Source: Candidatus Fervidifonticultor quintus
GTDB taxonomy: Bacteria; Sysuimicrobiota; Sysuimicrobiia; Sysuimicrobiales; Humicultoraceae
NCBI GenBank assembly: GCA_031459535.1
Contig: JAVKIJ010000089.1
Location: 1 to 11,414 of the forward strand
DNA length: 11,414 bases
Reading direction: 5' to 3'
Each line of letters opens with the position of its first letter. Position 1 is the stretch's first letter. Positions 5,981 to 11,414 of the stretch are shown here, piece after piece. The translations under genes were made by a program, and so were the position numbers. The notes beneath the pieces are model-generated. The model worked only from the letters and a program-made list of their open reading frames with translations. It did no database searches and was not told where the DNA came from.

Positions 5981-7948
5981 ATGGCCAAGTTCTACATCAC
6001 CACGCCCATCTACTACGTGAACGACGTGCCGCACATCGGACACGCGTATACCACCATTGCCGCCGACGTGGCGGCCCGCTACCACCGCCTGGCCGGCGAC
6101 GACGTCTTCTTTCTGACCGGCACCGACGAACATGGGATCAACATCCTGCGGGCCGCTCAGCGCCATCGCACGAGCCCTCAGGAGTGGGCTGACCGCATCG
6201 CCGCCGAGTTCCGGCGGCTGTGGGATTTTCTCGCCATCTCGTACGATGACTTCATCCGCACCACCGAACCTCGGCACACGAAGGTGGTGCAGGCGGTCTT
6301 CCAGCGGCTCCATGAGCGGGGCGACATCTACCTGGGGACTTACGAAGGCTGGTACTGCCCGTCGTGCGAGAGCTTCTATCCCGAGGGCGACCTCGGCCCC
6401 GACCGCACCTGTCCCGTGCACACCACCCGCCAGGTGGAGTGGAGCGCGGAGGAGAGCTACCTGTTTCGGCTGTCGGCGTACAATGACTGGCTGCTGCGAC
6501 ACATCGAGACGAACCCCTCGTCGGTCGAGCCCGAGGCCAGGCGCAACGAGGTGCTGGCGCTGTTGCGTGCGGGGCTGCGGGACATCGCGGTCAGCCGCAC
6601 GACCTTCACGTGGGGCGTGCCCGTGCCCTTCGACCCCCGGCACGTGGTCTACGTGTGGATTGACGCCCTCACCAACTACATTTCGGCCATCGGCTACCTG
6701 GACGCGCCGGAGAAGTTCCAGCGGTACTGGCCGGCCGACGTCCACCTGATGGGCAAGGAGATCATCCGGTTCCACGCGGTGATCTGGCCCATCATCCTCC
6801 ACGCGGCGGGCATCGAGGTGCCCAGGCAGACCTTCGCACACGGCTTCCTGACCTTTGGCGGGCAGAAGTTCAGCAAGTCGCTGGGCGTGATCCTCGATCC
6901 GGCTGCGCTCAGCCGGGAGATCGCGGCCGAGTCCGGCGCGGAGCTGGGCGTGGCCGTGGACGCCCTGCGCTACTTCCTCCTGCGCGAGATCCCCTTCGGC
7001 TCCGACGGCGACTTCAACAAGCCGGCGCTGGTGGGCCGGTTCAACTCGGATCTGGCCAACGACTTCGGCAACCTGCTCAACCGGACGCTCCCGCTCGTCG
7101 TGCGCGACTTCGGCGGCCGGCTGCCGGCGCCCGGGCCCGACGAGGGGACGGACGGGGCGTTGCGGGACCTAGCGGCGTCGGTGCCCGACGCCGTGGTCGA
7201 GCAGATCGGCGCACTCAACTTCAATGCCGCCCTGGCCGAGATCTGGCGGCTGCTGGGCGCGGCCAACAAGTACATCGACGAGGAGGCCCCATGGAGTGCC
7301 ATCCGGCAGGGCCGCACTGATCGGGCGGGCACCGTGCTCTACAATACCCTGGAGGCGCTGCGGATTGCCACGATCCTGCTCTCGCCGGTGCTCCCCACCG
7401 CCACGCAGCGGGTATGGGCGCAACTGGGCATCCCCGCGGCCCTGTCCGCACAGCGCCTGGACGACGCTCGCCGGTGGGGCGGGCTACCGGCCGGAGCGCA
7501 GGTTCGCCCCGGCCCCCCCATCTTCCCGAGGATCGACACCAAGATCAGGCTGCCCGCTGCGGGCCCTCGGGTCGCGAGCGAGCCCGCAGCCGCCGGGGCA
7601 CCATCAGAGGGAGGAACTCCCGTGGAGCAGATCACGATCGACGAGTTCAGGCGGCTCGACATGCGTGTGGCCGAGGTGGTGGCTGCCGAGCGCGTCCCCG
7701 GCACCGACAAGCTGATCAAGCTGACTGTGAACATCGGTGATGAGGTGCGGACCGTCGTGGCCGGGATTGCGACCCACTACCAGGCAGCCGACCTCGTCGG
7801 CCGCCGCATTATCGTGCTGGCCAACCTGCAGCCCAGGAAGGTCCGCGGGGTGGAGTCACGCGGCATGCTGCTGGCGGCAACCTGGGACGACGAGGTTGCC
7901 ATCCTCAGCGTGGACAATGCCCCGCCCGTGGGCGCCAGGATCTCGTGA
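5981..7948 (+). CDS. metG: methionine--tRNA ligase with C-terminal Trbp111-like tRNA-binding/dimerisation OB-fold
   Basis: FYITTPIYYVNDVPHIGH, LTGTDEHG, FIRTT, single Zn knuckle CPSC...CPVH, YVWIDAL, GKEIIRFH, KFSKS (6866-6880), NSDLAN.GNL.NR and APW. A Pro/Ala linker leads to the OB-fold ITIDEF..LDMRV...SRGMLL. SD GGAGG 5965-5969. Confidence 0.98.
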   Translation: MAKFYITTPIYYVNDVPHIGHAYTTIAADVAARYHRLAGDDVFFLTGTDEHGINILRAAQRHRTSPQEWADRIAAEFRRLWDFLAISYDDFIRTTEPRHTKVVQAVFQRLHERGDIYLGTYEGWYCPSCESFYPEGDLGPDRTCPVHTTRQVEWSAEESYLFRLSAYNDWLLRHIETNPSSVEPEARRNEVLALLRAGLRDIAVSRTTFTWGVPVPFDPRHVVYVWIDALTNYISAIGYLDAPEKFQRYWPADVHLMGKEIIRFHAVIWPIILHAAGIEVPRQTFAHGFLTFGGQKFSKSLGVILDPAALSREIAAESGAELGVAVDALRYFLLREIPFGSDGDFNKPALVGRFNSDLANDFGNLLNRTLPLVVRDFGGRLPAPGPDEGTDGALRDLAASVPDAVVEQIGALNFNAALAEIWRLLGAANKYIDEEAPWSAIRQGRTDRAGTVLYNTLEALRIATILLSPVLPTATQRVWAQLGIPAALSAQRLDDARRWGGLPAGAQVRPGPPIFPRIDTKIRLPAAGPRVASEPAAAGAPSEGGTPVEQITIDEFRRLDMRVAEVVAAERVPGTDKLIKLTVNIGDEVRTVVAGIATHYQAADLVGRRIIVLANLQPRKVRGVESRGMLLAATWDDEVAILSVDNAPPVGARIS

Positions 7949-8745
7949 CGGCCGACCTGTTCGACACCCACCTCCACCTCGACGACGAGGCGTTCGAGCA
8001 CGATCGCGACGACGTGCTGGAGCGCGCCCGGGCCGGGGGCGTGCGCGGGTTCATCTCCATCGGCACGTCGCTGGCCTCCAGCCGGCACGCCATTGCGCTG
8101 GCCGAGCAGTATCCCGACGTGTACGCCGCGGTCGCGGTCCATCCCCACGAGGCTTCCCAGGTGACGCCCGAGGCGCTGGAGGCGCTGGGAGCTCTGGCCC
8201 GGCATCCGCGCGTGGTGGCCATCGGCGAGACCGGGCTCGACTACTACCGTGACTTCGCGCCCAGGGAAGCGCAGGTGAGGGCGTTTCGAGGTCATCTGCG
8301 GCTGGCGCGGGAGGCGGGTCTGCCGGTCATCATTCACAATCGGGACGCGCACCGGGACGTAATGGAGATCCTGGCCGAGGAGGCGCCGTCGCGGGTCGTC
8401 ATGCACTGTTTCTCGGGATCGGTGGAGATGGCGCGCCGCTGTCTCGACCGCGGCTACTACATCGGGCTGGGCGGCCCGGTGACCTATCGCAACGCGCGGC
8501 GGGCGCTGGAGGTGGCCGCCTACGTGCCGCCCGACCGCCTGCTGCTCGAGACCGACGCGCCCTACCTGCCCCCCGAGCCACACCGCGGCCGTCGCAACGA
8601 GCCCGCCTACCTGCCGCTCATCGCCGCGGCGGTGGCCCGGGCGCGCGGAGTCGCCCCCGGCACAGTCGCCGAGGTCAGCTCCAGCAACGCCCGCGAGGCG
8701 TTCGGTCTGGCCCGTCTTGCAACCCGCGAAGGTGGGCATCCGTAG
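7945..8745 (+). CDS. tatD: TatD-family metal-dependent DNase (YcfH/YabD-like)
   Basis: DTHLHL, VHPH, AIGETGLDY, IHNRDA, MHCFSG, LETDAPYL and RGRRNEP. GTG overlaps the metG stop. The metG-tatD adjacency is widely conserved. Confidence 0.95.
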   Translation: MTADLFDTHLHLDDEAFEHDRDDVLERARAGGVRGFISIGTSLASSRHAIALAEQYPDVYAAVAVHPHEASQVTPEALEALGALARHPRVVAIGETGLDYYRDFAPREAQVRAFRGHLRLAREAGLPVIIHNRDAHRDVMEILAEEAPSRVVMHCFSGSVEMARRCLDRGYYIGLGGPVTYRNARRALEVAAYVPPDRLLLETDAPYLPPEPHRGRRNEPAYLPLIAAAVARARGVAPGTVAEVSSSNAREAFGLARLATREGGHP

Positions 8746-8758
8746 TACCATAACAGGG

Positions 8759-9850
8759 ATGCTCCGGCGATCTGCTGCGTGGGGGGTCGTCCTGGCCGTC
8801 GTGGTGCTGGCGGCGCCCGGACGCGTTGGCGCCGCCGCGGCGGACGCCCAGGAGATTCAGATCGGCCGCCAGGCCGCGGCGCAGATCGAGTCACGGCTGA
8901 AAGTCGTGACCGACCCCGCGGTGGCCGATCGGGTCGCCCGGATCGGGGCTGTCGTCGCCGCGCAGACCCAGCGGCCCTACCTGCCCTTCCTGTTCAAGGT
9001 GGTCGAGTCTCCGCAGGTCAACGCCGTGGCGCTTCCGGGCGGGTCCGTCTACGTGACGACCGGGTTGTTGAAGTTCGTCCGCAGCGACCACGAACTCGCC
9101 GCGGTCCTGGCCCACGAGGCCGCGCATGCCGCCCTGGGTCACGGCATGGAGATGATGCGCCGGGCCAACCGGGCGGCCTTCGTGACGTTGCTGATCGCGG
9201 TGGTGACCCGGGATCCGGCGCTGGTGCAGGGTGGGGTGATTTTCTCGCAGGGTCTGCTGGCTGGCTACACCCGCGATCTCGAACGGGAAGCCGACCTGGC
9301 CTCGATTGACTATCTGACGCGGACGCCCTTCAGCCCGGTGGCGGTGCTCACGGTGCTCGAGCGGCTCCTGCGAACCGAGCAACTGGCTCCTCAGCCCGAG
9401 GTCCTGGCCTTCGCCGATCACCCCAAGACCAGCGAGCGGGTCCAGTACGTCCAGCAGGCGCTGGCGGACCGGCGCATCCCGCTCCACCGGCGGGCCCCGG
9501 CGAACTACCTAGTGTTGCGGACGCGGGAGAGTCAGGACGGCAACACCTTTCACGCCGAGATCCTGGTGAACGATCGTCCCATCGTGCGCCTCACCGACCT
9601 GTCCAAGATCCGGGCCGCCGCCGAAGCGCTCGACCGGCTCTTCGACGACGACCTCGAACCCTACGAGGTCACGGCCCGCGAGACCTCAGACGGCTGGGGC
9701 GTGTTTGCCCGCGGCTTTGCCATCCTGCGGTTGACCCCCCGCGATGTTCCTGCGGGGGGCGGGACCGTGCGCGACTTCGCCGCGGGCATCGCGGCCCGCC
9801 TGAAGGCGGCGATTGATGACGACATCCGCCGGCGCCGCATGGACAACTAA
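8759..9850 (+). CDS. secreted M48-family zinc metallopeptidase (BepA/YfgC-like catalytic domain) with an unrecognised C-terminal domain
   Basis: Signal peptide MLRRSAAWGVVLAVVVLAAPGRVGAAAA. Motifs EIQIG, VNAVALPGGSVYVTTGLL, ELAAVLAHEAAH (HExxH 9113-9127), YTRDLEREAD and DHPKTSERV. Confidence 0.9.
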   Translation: MLRRSAAWGVVLAVVVLAAPGRVGAAAADAQEIQIGRQAAAQIESRLKVVTDPAVADRVARIGAVVAAQTQRPYLPFLFKVVESPQVNAVALPGGSVYVTTGLLKFVRSDHELAAVLAHEAAHAALGHGMEMMRRANRAAFVTLLIAVVTRDPALVQGGVIFSQGLLAGYTRDLEREADLASIDYLTRTPFSPVAVLTVLERLLRTEQLAPQPEVLAFADHPKTSERVQYVQQALADRRIPLHRRAPANYLVLRTRESQDGNTFHAEILVNDRPIVRLTDLSKIRAAAEALDRLFDDDLEPYEVTARETSDGWGVFARGFAILRLTPRDVPAGGGTVRDFAAGIAARLKAAIDDDIRRRRMDN

Positions 9851-9881
9851 GCCTCCGTCCTCGGGACGCTGGGAGTTCGAT

Positions 9882-11414
9882 GTGAGTGCTGGGGCACGGC
9901 GTGTGCGTGCGCTGATCGCGCTATCTCTCGTCGCGGTTCTGCTCCCGATCGGACAGGGCCATGCCCAGTCTCCGTGGGCGGGAACGCTCTTTCCCTTCTC
10001 TCTTCCCTGGGACGACGCCTCGCCGGGGCCCACGGACCTCAGCGGGTGGAATCAGCCGATCGCGGGTGAGGCTGATCGCCTGCGCGTCGGGCCCGACGGG
10101 CACTTCTACCGAGGCACCGAGCGGGTGCGCCTGTTCGGGTTCGACGTCTCTGCGGGCGCCCCGATGGCCGATCGCGGCGTGGCCGAACGGGTCGCCGCAC
10201 GCCTGGCGAAGTTCGGCGTCAACTACGTGCGCATTGCCCAGAACTCCCAGCCGGCTCCCCAGGGGTGGATAGACCCCGCGACGCTGGCCGGGGTTGACCC
10301 CGAGGCCCTGGACCGACTCGACTACTTCATCGCGCAGCTGCGCCGCCGCGGCATCTACGTCCACCTGGTCCTCAACCACTTCCGGCGTTTCTACCCCCGC
10401 GACGTGCCGGGGTTCGAGGGTGGCAGGACGCTTCCCGACGGGTGGCCCCGCTGGGGGACCGGCGTGACGCAGTTCTTTACCCCGGTCATCGCGCACAATC
10501 GGGCCATATCGCGTCAGATCCTGACGCACCGGAATCCGCACACCGGCCTCACGTATGCCGAGGACCCCGCGATCGCCATCGTCGAGATCACGAACGAGGA
10601 CGGCTTGGTGCGGTTGTGGCAGGGCGGCGCCATCGATCCGATCATCTCGGCCGGCGCGCCGCATCTGGTGCCCCTGCGTGACGAGCTCGTGAGGCGGTGG
10701 AACCGCTGGTTGCGCGAGCGGTATGGCACCGACGCCGATCTGCGTGCGACATGGGACCGGGGCGCGCTGCCCCACGGAGGCGAGCTGCTGGCCAACGGGG
10801 ATTTCCGGCAGGGCACACAGGGCTGGCGTCTGGCCACGGTCGAGGGCGCACGGGCCCTGTGGCAGATCGCGCCCGGCGCGGGTCCGGTGGCTGGCGCACC
10901 GGTGCTGCAGATCCAGGTCGAACGGGTGGGAACGGAGCCGTGGCACGTGATGGTCGTGCAGGACCGTCTGCCGCTGCAGGAAGGCCGGCCGTACCGGATC
11001 GACTTCTGGGCCCGGGCGTCGGGGACCGGGGCGAAGATGGCGCTCAACGTCCAGCAGGCTCAATCGCCGAGCCGCGTGCTGTCCTCGACGGTGGAACTGT
11101 CCCTGTCAGACCGATGGGAACACCGGACCCTGATCGTCACACCCACCGCGTCGGAGGCCAACGCGAAGGTGAACCTCATTCGGGGCTATCAGGCGCAGAC
11201 GATCTGGCTGGCTGGACTCTCGGTGCAGGAAGCGGCCGTCGTCGGGCTGCGCGCACAAGAGAGCGCCTTGGCAGGATCGGTGCCCGCCTTCAGCCGCGCC
11301 GAGTTTGCCCTGCGCACGCCGCGGGCACAGCAGGACTGGATGGCGTTCCTCTTCGCCGTGGAGGAACGCTTCTTCGCAGACGAACTCCACTTCCTGCGGG
11401 ACGAGTTGAAGGTC
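9882..11414 (+). CDS. secreted clan GH-A glycoside hydrolase with internal CBM4/9-like module (GH148/GH5-like); 3'-truncated by the window edge
   Basis: Hand translation; absent from the ORF track because there is no stop in the window. SD GGGAG 9871-9875, GTG 9882, open for 511 codons. Signal peptide ...LIALSLVAVLLPIGQGHA-Q; FPFSLPWDD; DGHF; RLAKFGVNYVR; LDRLDYFIAQLRRRGIYV; LTHRNPHTGLTYAEDPAIAIVEITNED (acid/base NE 10593-10598); WNRWLRERYGT; CBM ELLANGDF...PWHV...YRIDFWAR. Confidence 0.85.
   Translation, partial: MSAGARRVRALIALSLVAVLLPIGQGHAQSPWAGTLFPFSLPWDDASPGPTDLSGWNQPIAGEADRLRVGPDGHFYRGTERVRLFGFDVSAGAPMADRGVAERVAARLAKFGVNYVRIAQNSQPAPQGWIDPATLAGVDPEALDRLDYFIAQLRRRGIYVHLVLNHFRRFYPRDVPGFEGGRTLPDGWPRWGTGVTQFFTPVIAHNRAISRQILTHRNPHTGLTYAEDPAIAIVEITNEDGLVRLWQGGAIDPIISAGAPHLVPLRDELVRRWNRWLRERYGTDADLRATWDRGALPHGGELLANGDFRQGTQGWRLATVEGARALWQIAPGAGPVAGAPVLQIQVERVGTEPWHVMVVQDRLPLQEGRPYRIDFWARASGTGAKMALNVQQAQSPSRVLSSTVELSLSDRWEHRTLIVTPTASEANAKVNLIRGYQAQTIWLAGLSVQEAAVVGLRAQESALAGSVPAFSRAEFALRTPRAQQDWMAFLFAVEERFFADELHFLRDELKV

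Noticed and set aside
4602-6841. Long antisense ORFs 4602-5780 and 5708-6841 (also 7777-8751 and 9921-11063)
   Set aside because: Shadow frames opposite well-supported genes; expected from high-GC codon bias, with no recognisable motifs.

Overview
GC-rich bacterial chromosomal window (lineage cannot be established from sequence alone) with no mobile element, CRISPR array, tRNA or rRNA seen. The left block is a translationally coupled run of four genes: a 5'-truncated Hrq1/YprA-type DEAH helicase with a C-terminal Zn domain (DUF1998), rsmI, a small DUF2007-like protein and a class I SAM methyltransferase. A small secreted helical protein converges on this block from the minus strand. A sigma70-type promoter (TTGACA-N17-TAGCAT) then leads into a complete T-box riboswitch with an AUG (Met) specifier. 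The T-box heads a two-gene split cobalamin-independent methionine synthase (separate N- and C-barrels), metG and tatD. These are followed by a secreted M48 Zn-peptidase and a 3'-truncated secreted clan GH-A glycoside hydrolase with an inserted CBM4-like module (GH148-like), which the ORF track misses. The most notable observations are: a T-box-controlled split-MetE/metG operon, a non-canonical antiterminator bulge, a strong in-frame internal SD+GTG in metG exactly at the start of the Trbp111-like domain, and Met depletion in the Met-regulated proteins.
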